A stretch of DNA of 64,000 nt from Parvibaculales bacterium (GTDB lineage Bacteria; Pseudomonadota; Alphaproteobacteria; RS24). Positions 20,774 to 29,636 of this stretch are shown here, piece after piece; position 1 is the stretch's first letter, and each line of letters starts with the position of its first letter. The position numbers and the translations under genes were made by a program. Location of the stretch: assembly GCA_049889415.1 (NCBI GenBank), contig JBMHDL010000008.1, positions 12,372-76,371 on the forward strand, read 5' to 3'. The notes under the pieces were generated by a model. It did not search any database, was not told the DNA's origin, and worked only from the letters and a program-made list of their open reading frames with translations.

Positions 20774-20824
20774 GTTGCAAAATTTATTCGTTTCACTTTG
20801 AGTGATATTCGCTTCGGGACCGCC

Positions 20825-22147
20825 ATGAACATCCTTTCCGCCAATTCAGACCTGTTGCCCGATTTGATGGATGTCCTGAGCGGGACGCGCCCTTTACGGG
20901 TTTTGATGCCAAGTTATCGCAGTCACCCTTTTGTCGGTGGACAGGGTATTTATCTCCGGCACCTCTCCAAAGCCCTCGTTGAACTGGGGCACAAGGTTGA
21001 TGTCATATCCGGGCCACCCTATCCGGATCTTGACCCGCGTGTTGGACTGATTGAACTGCCATCCCTCGACATGTATGCCCGTGAGCACCCGATTTTGAGC
21101 TTAAACTGGGACATTCTCAAAACCCCGCTCGATTTGTACGAGTATCTGGTTCACAACAGCGGCGGGTTTCCGGAGCCTTACACATTCGGCGAACGGCTAG
21201 CTAAATACATGAAAGACAAAATCGGCGATTATGACATTGTGCATGACAACCAAACCCTGTGCCACGGTCTTTTGAAGGTCAGGGATATGGGGTTGCCGGT
21301 CGTCGGCAATGTGCACCACCCGATCACAATGGACAAACGTATCGACATTCATCATGCCGGCAGCCTGAGCCTGAAACTGCTGAAATGGCGCTGGTACAGT
21401 TTCCTTAACATGCAGATCAAGGTCGCACGACGCCTCAATCACATTATCGTCCCATCCGACAACACCCAAAAGGACGTTATCAAGGATTTCGGCCTTAAGC
21501 CCGACAACATCTACCGCATTCATCTGGGCATTGACCACGAAACCTACAAACCGGTGGAAACCGTCACCCGCAAACCCAATCGGTTAATGGTGACCGCCAG
21601 CGCGGATGTGCCTTTGAAAGGGTTGATTTACCTGATCCGCGCCTATCACAAATTGCTGGACAGCTATCCAGATCTCGAACTGGTGGTGGTCGGCAGTCTG
21701 CGTGAGGGGCCAACCATGGATGAATTGGACAAGCGCGGCATCCGTGACCGCGTCCGCTTCACTTCCGGGCTTGAGTCCCGCGAAATCGCCGAATTGTATG
21801 CCGAGGCGACGGTCGCCGTGTCGCCGTCCGTCTATGAAGGTTTCGGCTTTCCGGCCGGTGAGGCACTGGCCTGCGGCCTGCCGCTGGTGGCCACGAATGG
21901 CGGGTCCCTGCCCGAGGTCGTCGGCGATGCCGGATTGGTTGTTCCCCACTCTGATCCCGATGCCTTGGCCGAGGCCATTGACGTGCTACTGGCGGATGCA
22001 ACCAAACGGCAGACATTGTCAGCCAAAGCGCGCCAGCACATTCTTGACAAATTCACCTGGCGGCATTGCGCCATGAACAGCGCCCAGATTTATCGCAAAG
22101 CCATCGCAGACCATCATCAAATCGAGTTTCATCATGCAGACGATTAA
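20825..22147 (+). CDS. Glycosyltransferase family 4
   Basis: N-terminal FVGGQGIYLRHLSKALVELGH and C-terminal SVYEGFGFPAGEALACGLPLVATNGGSLPEVV (the E-X7-E region). The start is uncertain: TTG 20798, ATG 20825 or ATG 20867. Confidence 0.8.
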   Translation: MNILSANSDLLPDLMDVLSGTRPLRVLMPSYRSHPFVGGQGIYLRHLSKALVELGHKVDVISGPPYPDLDPRVGLIELPSLDMYAREHPILSLNWDILKTPLDLYEYLVHNSGGFPEPYTFGERLAKYMKDKIGDYDIVHDNQTLCHGLLKVRDMGLPVVGNVHHPITMDKRIDIHHAGSLSLKLLKWRWYSFLNMQIKVARRLNHIIVPSDNTQKDVIKDFGLKPDNIYRIHLGIDHETYKPVETVTRKPNRLMVTASADVPLKGLIYLIRAYHKLLDSYPDLELVVVGSLREGPTMDELDKRGIRDRVRFTSGLESREIAELYAEATVAVSPSVYEGFGFPAGEALACGLPLVATNGGSLPEVVGDAGLVVPHSDPDALAEAIDVLLADATKRQTLSAKARQHILDKFTWRHCAMNSAQIYRKAIADHHQIEFHHADD

Positions 22148-22856
22148 GCTGGCGCATCTTCACCCCTTGCCTGAGCACAAAGTGCTCGACCTTGGGTGTG
22201 GAGAGGGACGGCATTGTCATGCCGTATACCATGAAGCCAAGTGCCATGTCATCGGTTTGGACCTTGGATTTGCGGATGTCCGAAAAACCCGTGATGGTTT
22301 TGCCGCCGCGCCCGTGCTCGCCCCGGCCGAGACCCAGAGGTTTCATGTCTTGGTCGGCAACGCCTTATCGCTGCCTTTCCCCGACCACAGCATGGACCGG
22401 GTCATATGCTCGGAAGTGCTGGAGCATATTCCCGACTATTTGCGCGTCATTGAAGAAATTGACCGGGTGGTGAAACCAGACGGAGTGATCGGCATTTCCG
22501 TTCCGCGCCGCTGGCCGGAAAAAATATGCTGGTGGCTGTCGGCCGACTATCACAACGAACCGGGTGGACATATCAGAATTTTCAACCAGAAGGAACTGAC
22601 AGAGGATTTCCGCTCACGCGGTTTCAGGCTGATCAGAAAAGATTATGCGCACGGCCTGCACACACCTTATTGGTGGCTGCGCTGCGCTTTCGGGGTCAAG
22701 AAACCCCTCAATCCTCTGACCAGGGCCTGGCACAGCCTGTTGGTTCTGGAAATGATGAAAAATCCGCTTTGGCTGCGCGGGCTTTCCAGACTTCTTGACA
22801 TCTGCATCGGCAAAAGCGTTGTTTTGTATTTCGAAAAACCGGCAGGCGCAGAATGA
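22134..22856 (+). CDS. Class I SAM-dependent methyltransferase
   Basis: VLDLGCGEGRH (motif I) ... CSEVLEHIPD ... RVVKPDGVIGISVP. Overlaps the GT4 gene by 14 nt. Confidence 0.8.
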   Translation: MQTIKLAHLHPLPEHKVLDLGCGEGRHCHAVYHEAKCHVIGLDLGFADVRKTRDGFAAAPVLAPAETQRFHVLVGNALSLPFPDHSMDRVICSEVLEHIPDYLRVIEEIDRVVKPDGVIGISVPRRWPEKICWWLSADYHNEPGGHIRIFNQKELTEDFRSRGFRLIRKDYAHGLHTPYWWLRCAFGVKKPLNPLTRAWHSLLVLEMMKNPLWLRGLSRLLDICIGKSVVLYFEKPAGAE

Positions 22857-23935
22857 GCAAACTGACCGATGGTTTTTTCAGGGGCGCTGTGGACCGGATA
22901 AAAACCCTGCAACGCAGTGATGGTGCCATTCCGTGGTATGCCGGAGGCGTTGTTGATCCGTGGAATCATTTGGAGGCGGTCATGGGGCTGAACCTGTGCG
23001 GTGAGGCCGAAGCGGTTTCCAAAGGGTTTGAGTTTTTGATCAACACCCAGCTGCCGGACGGGTCCTGGTGGGGTCGGCTCGGCAGCGCCGTCCCGATTGA
23101 TGACACCTTGCAGAATTTTTCATCTGACGGCATGGATACGGGGGAGCAAATCCGGGAAACCAATTTCACCGCCTATGTCGCCACCGCCGTCTGGCATGAT
23201 TATCTGCTGCATAACAATATGAATTTTATCCACCGGCTCTGGCCGGTCGTCACAAGGGCTCTGGATTTTGTGTGTCGGCATCAGACCCCGCATGGCGATA
23301 TTGTCTGGATTTCCCATGCACCAACCGGTGACAGCGACCCGATAGATCCCGAAATTTTGGAGCAGACCGACTCTCTGCTGACCGGCAACAGCTCCCTTTT
23401 CAAAAGCCTTTCCTGCGGCCTGAAGCTGGCCGAACTGATGAATGAGTCGAAATCGGACTGGGTCAACGCACACCGGCTGTTGGGGCAGGCCCTGCGGGAC
23501 AAGCCGCATCGGTTTCAGCGTCAAACAGGCTCTGACATGAAGTTTTCGATGGACTGGTATTATCCCTGCCTGAGCGGCGCACTCAGCAAAAAGGACTCCC
23601 TTGACCGCCTGCAGGCACGGTGGGACGAATTTGTGGTTGAAGGCCATGGCTGCCGGTGCGTTTCCCATGAACCCTGGGTCACCGTAGCGGAAACGGCCGA
23701 GCTTATTCTGACCCTGAAATCCCTTAGCATGGACGACAGAGCGGCTGAAATGCTTGGATGGCTCGACCGGCAGCGCGATGAAAATGGGGCTTACTGGATC
23801 GGGTTTGAGTATGAGAGCAAAGTCTTCTGGCCGGTTGAAAAACCGCCATGGACGGCCGGAGCGGTTATTCTGGCAACAGATTGCGTGAACGACTTGTCCC
23901 CTGCCAGCCACCTGTTTTTGCATCAGGGACTTTAG
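22853..23935 (+). CDS. Prenyltransferase/squalene-cyclase-like alpha/alpha-toroid repeat protein
   Basis: Repeated QW-like segments (LQRSDGAIPWY, INTQLPDGSWWG, RQRDENGAYW). ATGA overlap with the upstream methyltransferase gene. Confidence 0.6.
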   Translation: MSKLTDGFFRGAVDRIKTLQRSDGAIPWYAGGVVDPWNHLEAVMGLNLCGEAEAVSKGFEFLINTQLPDGSWWGRLGSAVPIDDTLQNFSSDGMDTGEQIRETNFTAYVATAVWHDYLLHNNMNFIHRLWPVVTRALDFVCRHQTPHGDIVWISHAPTGDSDPIDPEILEQTDSLLTGNSSLFKSLSCGLKLAELMNESKSDWVNAHRLLGQALRDKPHRFQRQTGSDMKFSMDWYYPCLSGALSKKDSLDRLQARWDEFVVEGHGCRCVSHEPWVTVAETAELILTLKSLSMDDRAAEMLGWLDRQRDENGAYWIGFEYESKVFWPVEKPPWTAGAVILATDCVNDLSPASHLFLHQGL

Positions 23936-24543
23936 AGCCGTTTTAAGACCCTGAGGGATTTAACAACAGCCACTTCCTCAAAAAGCTCAGAGGCCATGGC
24001 CATTTTGTATATTTCATGGGGTGGGCGCCCGCCGTCCTGCGGGTTTGGAAACACATCATGGATGGCCAAAACCCCGCCCGGTGCCAGCTTGCCGCTCCAC
24101 AGTCTGTAATCATCATAAGCGGCTTTCATGGAATGACCGCCATCAATGAACACAAAGGCCAGCGACTGGGTAATCAAAGGAGCGACCTGCACTGACGGGG
24201 CAACAATCGGAACCACCACTTCCTCAAGCTTGGCGCGGCGCAAAGTATCACGAAAATGCGCCAGTGAACTCATGCCGCCAGTAGCGGTATCGGCCAGATC
24301 AGGGTCGAAATACCCTTCCCCAGGCTGGTTTTCCTCAGATCCGTAATGATGATCAACGGCAATGAGCTGCCGCCCGGTCATGCGACAGGCGGTTCCCAAA
24401 TACACAGTAGACTTGCCACAATAGCTGCCGATTTCAACCGCCGGGCCGCTCACCTGCAATTCAGAGAGCGTTTCGTAAAGGGCTCTACCCTCATCTGGGT
24501 CCAGAAACCCTTTGACGGTTTCAATATCCAGTGGAAGCTTCAT
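23932..24543 (-). CDS. Class I SAM-dependent methyltransferase (Methyltransf_24-like)
   Basis: VEIGSYCGKSTVYLG ... FVFIDGGHS ... LAPGGVLAIHDV. ATG complement at 24541-24543, 8 nt after the MFS stop. Confidence 0.75.
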   Translation of the reverse strand: MKLPLDIETVKGFLDPDEGRALYETLSELQVSGPAVEIGSYCGKSTVYLGTACRMTGRQLIAVDHHYGSEENQPGEGYFDPDLADTATGGMSSLAHFRDTLRRAKLEEVVVPIVAPSVQVAPLITQSLAFVFIDGGHSMKAAYDDYRLWSGKLAPGGVLAIHDVFPNPQDGGRPPHEIYKMAMASELFEEVAVVKSLRVLKRL

Positions 24544-24550
24544 ACTCAAC

Positions 24551-25924
24551 TCACTGAGCCGTCTTGGCCCGGTTTTCATCCAAAACCGCATGCATTTCCA
24601 CATGCAGTTTTTCATCCAGCCGGTAACTTGAAAACACCAAAGCCGCCGTGACATAGGCCAGGCAGGGAACAATCGAAAACATGATTTTGATCGCCAAAAT
24701 AACCTCCGGCGCCTGCGCTACATTCGGCTGGAAACCGACCCATGACAACATGTTGCCAACTACTATCAATGAAATGCCGTTAGCCAGTTTCCAGGTAAAA
24801 TTCCAGGCTGCGAAATACGCCCCCTCTTTGCGCTCCCCGGTCTGCAACTCATCATAATCAATGGTGTCACTCATTAAGGACGGACCGATGACATGCCCGG
24901 CGCCATTGGCGATGCCGGCAAGAAAGCCGATCCCCATCAACAGCAATTCGTCACCTTTACCGAGCGTAAACATCAGGCCATAACACATGGCCGACAGATA
25001 CATGGAAAAAGACCAGATTGTCTTTTTTCCAACCCGCCGCGCCAAAGGCATCCAGACCGGGGTCAACAGGAATGATGGAATCAGAAACGTTAAAAGAAAT
25101 TTTGGCGCAGCTTCCGGTGCTTCGAGAATATAGGTGCCGACATAAAGCATCAAAATGGAGGTAAAGGCAAAACCGATATTGTCGAAAAAATAGCCGATCA
25201 AAGGCGGCCGGGCATGCGGGTTTTTGAACACGTCACGAATAGCTTTGAAGGGTCTCTTGCCTCCTCTGGAGGCAAATTCCTCACGCTCACGAATACCGTA
25301 AGCGCAGATAATCAGGGATAATCCGCCCAGCGGCGCAACAATATACGCCAAGTGACGCGAAGTTTCCTGCACCGCTGCAATGCCGGTCTGCTCGGCGCTG
25401 ATCAGAGCCGCCATGGCCCCGATACCGATAATGTACCCTCCAATCCAACCGGCATGACGGACGCCGAACACCTTATTGCGTTCATGATGGTCATCCGTCA
25501 GCTCAGCGCCAAGCGCCATTTGCGGGACATAGAAAAAGGTTGAGGCGGAGAAAAATCCGATAATCCCCACCCCCACCCAGATTACCAGTTCGCTATCTCC
25601 CAAGCCTTGGGGCGGAACGAAAATCATTAAAAATGTCAGGGCCGTCGGCAAGGCGCTCATGCCAATCCAAGACCGCCGTCTTCCCAGCCAGAACTTTGTC
25701 CGATCTGACCAGTAGCCGACCAGCGGATCGGAAACGGCATCCCAGAAACGGGACAGACCGAAAATCAACCCCATGACGGCAGGGGAAATCAAAAGAATAT
25801 CGGTCGCGTATTTCATGTAATACAGTGTGACCAGACAGAACATATAGCCATAGGCAACCGTCGGCAGACCAAAATAAAACAAAGTGGATAAACCCACTTT
25901 AGAACCGGGTTTGGATTGATTCAT
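24551..25924 (-). CDS. MFS transporter, glycoside-pentoside-hexuronide (GPH) family
   Basis: 12-TM-like hydropathy and the GPH signature FWDAVSDPLVGYWSDRTKFWLGRRRSW. Confidence 0.8.
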   Translation of the reverse strand: MNQSKPGSKVGLSTLFYFGLPTVAYGYMFCLVTLYYMKYATDILLISPAVMGLIFGLSRFWDAVSDPLVGYWSDRTKFWLGRRRSWIGMSALPTALTFLMIFVPPQGLGDSELVIWVGVGIIGFFSASTFFYVPQMALGAELTDDHHERNKVFGVRHAGWIGGYIIGIGAMAALISAEQTGIAAVQETSRHLAYIVAPLGGLSLIICAYGIREREEFASRGGKRPFKAIRDVFKNPHARPPLIGYFFDNIGFAFTSILMLYVGTYILEAPEAAPKFLLTFLIPSFLLTPVWMPLARRVGKKTIWSFSMYLSAMCYGLMFTLGKGDELLLMGIGFLAGIANGAGHVIGPSLMSDTIDYDELQTGERKEGAYFAAWNFTWKLANGISLIVVGNMLSWVGFQPNVAQAPEVILAIKIMFSIVPCLAYVTAALVFSSYRLDEKLHVEMHAVLDENRAKTAQ

Positions 25925-25983
25925 GAAATACTCCTATAGCCACTGACTGTAACCCGCATGCCGGGCTTGGCAATCTTTTTATC

Positions 25984-26019
25984 GGGCTTTTTACTGGGCT
26001 TTTTACTGGGCTTTTTGTC
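25984..26019. repeat. Tandem 12-bp repeat in a divergent promoter region
   Basis: GGGCTTTTTACT GGGCTTTTTACT GGGCTTTTTGTC, preceded by a degenerate copy from 25963. Lies between the MFS start (25924) and the ligase-GT start (26104). Confidence 0.8.
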
Positions 26020-26103
26020 TGGAAAAACACAGAATACAGGACATTTATCGCTTAACTTTTTACCCTGCTGGCTATAGTCTGTGCAAATTATGGCGGATGT
26101 TAG

Positions 26104-28362
26104 ATGACACACCTAAAAGCGATCCATCTGAAATTAAACAGCAAAATCAGTTTTTTGCTTCTGCTTATTGGACCTGTTGCCAGCTTTTCCGTCAACCTTT
26201 TACCCGCCCTGCTCGGCCTGTCAGCCTTACTGGCGTTTGTGGAGATGAAAAAACACCAGATCGCCTGGCGCCCGAGAGTATCCAACATCACACTCACGGC
26301 GATGGCCTTTATCGGCTATGTCATGCTGTCGAGTCTCTGGTCGTCGAAACCGGAGGAAGCTGTAATTCAATGTCTGCAGTTCGCTGCCATATTGTTATCC
26401 GCCAGCCTATTGAGCCGGTATATTGATTGCATTGACCGGGAAGATATTGAGAAAATGGGACGTGCCATGCGCTATGGCATCGCCCTGGCCATGAGCTTAC
26501 TGTTTCTGGAAACCTATTACGACCAACCAATTTACAGACTCTGGCTGGAAACAGTTGCGACTGACAGATTATTTGACCCGAGGCATCTTGAGCGCTCCGT
26601 AGCGGTCTTCAGCTTGTTCCTGTTTTTTATTGCCGCTCACACAGCCAAGAGAACCAATATTCTGGGCGGCTTGACCCTACTAATACTCTGGGCGTTTTTC
26701 TGCCTGAAATTCGGCTTTATACCCGAATATATCGGCATTTTATCAGGACTGACATTTATGACAATCGCCGTTGGTTTCAAAAAACAGGCTAGAAAAATCC
26801 TATTTGCATTGCTGTTTCTCCAGACAGTTTTAATTGTCCCTGTCTCAATCAAAAGCTACGAGACACAATTTGTGCAAAACCTTTTATCTCTTCCGCCGGA
26901 AAAGGATGAGACACTGGATCAAATTGTTCAAACCCATTTCGCTGTGAGTGAACTCATTCTGCAAAAACCGGTTTTCGGGCACGGTTTGGAAAGCGCGTCC
27001 ATGCTTCAGGAAACCATGACTGCCGAAATAGAAAACGTACATTCCTTGCATCCGCATAATTATGCCCTGCAAATTCTGCTTGAAACAGGTTATGTCGGCG
27101 CGGTTCTGTTTCTGCTTTTCATGTATTTCATGCTTCAGAGAATGAATTTCAACATCGTCAAGACAGAGATTTTCTTGATAGCGGCCATTGGATGTATTCT
27201 GACAATCCTCTCCTTTACTTTTGGCATCTGGCAATCCTGGTGGATGGTCAGCATAATTTTCGCCCTCATTTGCTTCAAGCTTGAATTCGGTGGCAAAAAC
27301 AGTGAGCGAGACGCCCCGCCCCCATTGAAAAAACCACGCATCATGCATGCAATTTTCAGCCACGGATATCGCGGTTCGGAAAGTGCGCTTGCCTTGATTG
27401 CCAATGAGCAGTGTAAAACTCACCCCGTCAGCGTGATGGTCCGGAGTGATTGTGACACACGCGATGGGCCATCAATATTAGATGCCCTTGACCCGGATAT
27501 TGAAGTCATCAGGGTGCCGAATTTCATGCGGGCCCTATGCGCCAATTTTCTCATACTGAAATGGCAACCGCATATTTTTCATGCTCATCTTGGCCGCGCA
27601 GTCCGTTTGAGGACATGGCTTAAGCCCAATCTGCTGCGCGTTTCCTCCATGCATATATTCAGCCCGCACCACCATGTCGGCCAAGACCGTATCATCTGCA
27701 TCTCTGATTGGCAGATGAAAGCCTTGCCGGAAAACCTGAAATTGAAGAGCCGGCTGGTCCGTAACGCCACCAAAAGCATGGAAAAAATTTCACAGCCTGA
27801 GAAAGACGCCTTGCGCCGGGAACTCGGTATTGCGCCAGATACGCGGATCGTCGGTTTCGTGGGTGCCATCAACACCACAAAGGGAGCGGACATTGCCGTG
27901 GAAGCCTTTTGCCGCGCCAATATGGAAAATGCCCACTTATTGATGATTGGCGAGGGACCATTACGGGAGGAATTATCCCAAAAAACAGCCAACATGACCA
28001 ATATCACATTGACTGGATACAAGGACAACGCCCGCGCCTACATGCAGATCATGGATATCATTCTTTTGCCCTCCAATTGGTCAGAGCCGTTCATGCTGTC
28101 CCTGATTGAAGCCATGGAAGCAGGATGCTGGGCCATCACCATCAACACATACGGTCCGGGTGATATTATGCGTGAGCAACCTCACGGGTCCGTTGTTGAC
28201 ATAAATGATGTTGACGGTTTTGCCGCCGCTCTTCTAGCCGCCCCTGAGACAGCCGGTAAAAGGTATGAATATAATCTTGAAAAATTCGCTTTTTCGAAGC
28301 ATATCTCCAGTATCTTCAAAATTTACGAGGACGCAAATGATCCGCTATCCTTCAAAGCCTGA
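26104..28362 (+). CDS. Fusion protein: O-antigen ligase/polymerase-like (Wzy_C) membrane domain plus C-terminal GT4/GT1 glycosyltransferase domain
   Basis: The N-terminal 400 aa are polytopic and carry HSLHPHNYALQILLETGYVGAV (Wzy_C/WaaL signature). The C-terminal part carries LLMIGEGPLREEL ... LLPSNWSEPFMLSLIEAMEAGCWAI (GT E-X7-E region). Confidence 0.75.
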   Translation: MTHLKAIHLKLNSKISFLLLLIGPVASFSVNLLPALLGLSALLAFVEMKKHQIAWRPRVSNITLTAMAFIGYVMLSSLWSSKPEEAVIQCLQFAAILLSASLLSRYIDCIDREDIEKMGRAMRYGIALAMSLLFLETYYDQPIYRLWLETVATDRLFDPRHLERSVAVFSLFLFFIAAHTAKRTNILGGLTLLILWAFFCLKFGFIPEYIGILSGLTFMTIAVGFKKQARKILFALLFLQTVLIVPVSIKSYETQFVQNLLSLPPEKDETLDQIVQTHFAVSELILQKPVFGHGLESASMLQETMTAEIENVHSLHPHNYALQILLETGYVGAVLFLLFMYFMLQRMNFNIVKTEIFLIAAIGCILTILSFTFGIWQSWWMVSIIFALICFKLEFGGKNSERDAPPPLKKPRIMHAIFSHGYRGSESALALIANEQCKTHPVSVMVRSDCDTRDGPSILDALDPDIEVIRVPNFMRALCANFLILKWQPHIFHAHLGRAVRLRTWLKPNLLRVSSMHIFSPHHHVGQDRIICISDWQMKALPENLKLKSRLVRNATKSMEKISQPEKDALRRELGIAPDTRIVGFVGAINTTKGADIAVEAFCRANMENAHLLMIGEGPLREELSQKTANMTNITLTGYKDNARAYMQIMDIILLPSNWSEPFMLSLIEAMEAGCWAITINTYGPGDIMREQPHGSVVDINDVDGFAAALLAAPETAGKRYEYNLEKFAFSKHISSIFKIYEDANDPLSFKA

Positions 28363-28374
28363 AATGAGCCGCCG

Positions 28375-28872
28375 ATGATAACGAAAACCTTACGCAGTCT
28401 GATTATTTTTCTCGCTGCAAGCTTTTTCTTCTCTGGTCCCGTCCATGCAGAAATTGTTATCAAGGCGGGATGGGTGCGTGCTCATCTTCCCGACAGGCCT
28501 GCTGCGGGATATTTTGAACTCAGCAATCATGGCGAAGCCGACACGCTGATAGCCGCAAAAAGCCCGGCTTTCAAAACAGTCGAAATCCACACGCACATCA
28601 TGGAAGACGGGGTGATGCGTATGCGTAAACTTGAGCACCTTGATATATCCGCCCATAATAGCCTGCAGTTCAAACCGCACGGCCTACACTTGATGCTGTT
28701 CGATCCGATTCAGCCCTTGAACAAGGGGAGTAATGTTGAAGTGACGCTGGTGTTTGAAACCGCCGGCGAGGTGCCCGTAACCCTGCAGGTCGGTCAAAGA
28801 GAAAAAAATAGCCACACCCCCCATGCTCATGAGCATGATACCCACAACCACAACAGTCATTCAGGGCATTAG
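28375..28872 (+). CDS. Periplasmic copper chaperone PCu(A)C with His-rich C-terminal tail
   Basis: Signal peptide (LIIFLAASFFFSGPVHA). Exact H-X10-M-X21-H-X-M motif (HTHIMEDGVMRM ... 21 aa ... HLM). Tail reads HTPHAHEHDTHNHNSHSGH. Confidence 0.85.
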   Translation: MITKTLRSLIIFLAASFFFSGPVHAEIVIKAGWVRAHLPDRPAAGYFELSNHGEADTLIAAKSPAFKTVEIHTHIMEDGVMRMRKLEHLDISAHNSLQFKPHGLHLMLFDPIQPLNKGSNVEVTLVFETAGEVPVTLQVGQREKNSHTPHAHEHDTHNHNSHSGH

Positions 28873-28881
28873 TCCACGGTC

Positions 28882-29619
28882 ATGACTGCGTTGATCACAA
28901 CAAAATCCCTAAGTCTGGAAGGGTCGCATGGCCGATTGTTGGACGACATCAATATCGCCATTGCAGAGAATGATTTTGTCACGATTATCGGTCCCAACGG
29001 GGCCGGCAAAACAATGTTGTTAAAATGCCTGTTAGGTCTGGTGAACCCAAGTGAGGGGCGTATGGATCATAAACCGGGGCTGCGCATTGGCTATATGCCG
29101 CAAAATATTGCCATAGACCCAGTTTTACCGCTCTCTGTTGACTATTTCCTCAAACTCGCGGGGTCCGCAGACTCAGAACATTTCAGGCAGACGGTTGAAC
29201 TGGTCGGCATCAGTCATTTGCTAAACCGGCAATTGCATGACCTGTCCGGTGGAGAACGTCAATGGGTCCTGCTGACACGCGCCCTGTTGAACAATCCGGA
29301 ACTTCTGATTATGGACGAGCCAGCCCAAAACCTCGATGTAAAGGGGCAATTGGACCTGTATAAGAAACTTAATGAAATATACGAGACCAGAAAACTGGCG
29401 ATTTTAATGGTGTCTCACGACCTTCATCTTGTCATGTCATCCAGCAAAAAAGTCATTTGCCTGTTTCATCACGTTTGTTGCGAGGGCGAACCGCAGACTG
29501 TTGCCCAAGATCCGGAATTCACATCTCTGTTCGGCGATGAAATGGCACGGATGGTGGCTGTTTACCCACATCATCATGACCATAATCATAATCATGATCA
29601 CGACCATGACCACAACTAA
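28882..29619 (+). CDS. znuC: Zn/Mn-type ABC transporter ATP-binding protein (ZnuC-like) with His/Asp-rich tail
   Basis: GPNGAGKTM (Walker A), LSGGERQ (signature), LLIMDEP (Walker B). Tail reads HHHDHNHNHDHDHDHN. Confidence 0.8.
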   Translation: MTALITTKSLSLEGSHGRLLDDINIAIAENDFVTIIGPNGAGKTMLLKCLLGLVNPSEGRMDHKPGLRIGYMPQNIAIDPVLPLSVDYFLKLAGSADSEHFRQTVELVGISHLLNRQLHDLSGGERQWVLLTRALLNNPELLIMDEPAQNLDVKGQLDLYKKLNEIYETRKLAILMVSHDLHLVMSSSKKVICLFHHVCCEGEPQTVAQDPEFTSLFGDEMARMVAVYPHHHDHNHNHDHDHDHN

Positions 29620-29636
29620 GCCTTCACGAACAAAAC

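Noticed and set aside
23120-23923. 267-aa ORF antisense to the toroid-repeat gene
   Set aside because: Shadow ORF opposite a gene that is translationally coupled to its neighbours.
25921-26112. 63-aa ORF with a KKPSKKPSKKPDKK repeat
   Set aside because: The repeat is just the translation of the 12-bp tandem DNA repeat in an intergenic promoter region. No RBS, and it overlaps the start regions of both flanking genes.
29560-29620. CAT/GAC-rich periodic DNA at the end of znuC
   Set aside because: This is coding low complexity (the His/Asp/Asn tail), not a CRISPR-like or microsatellite element.
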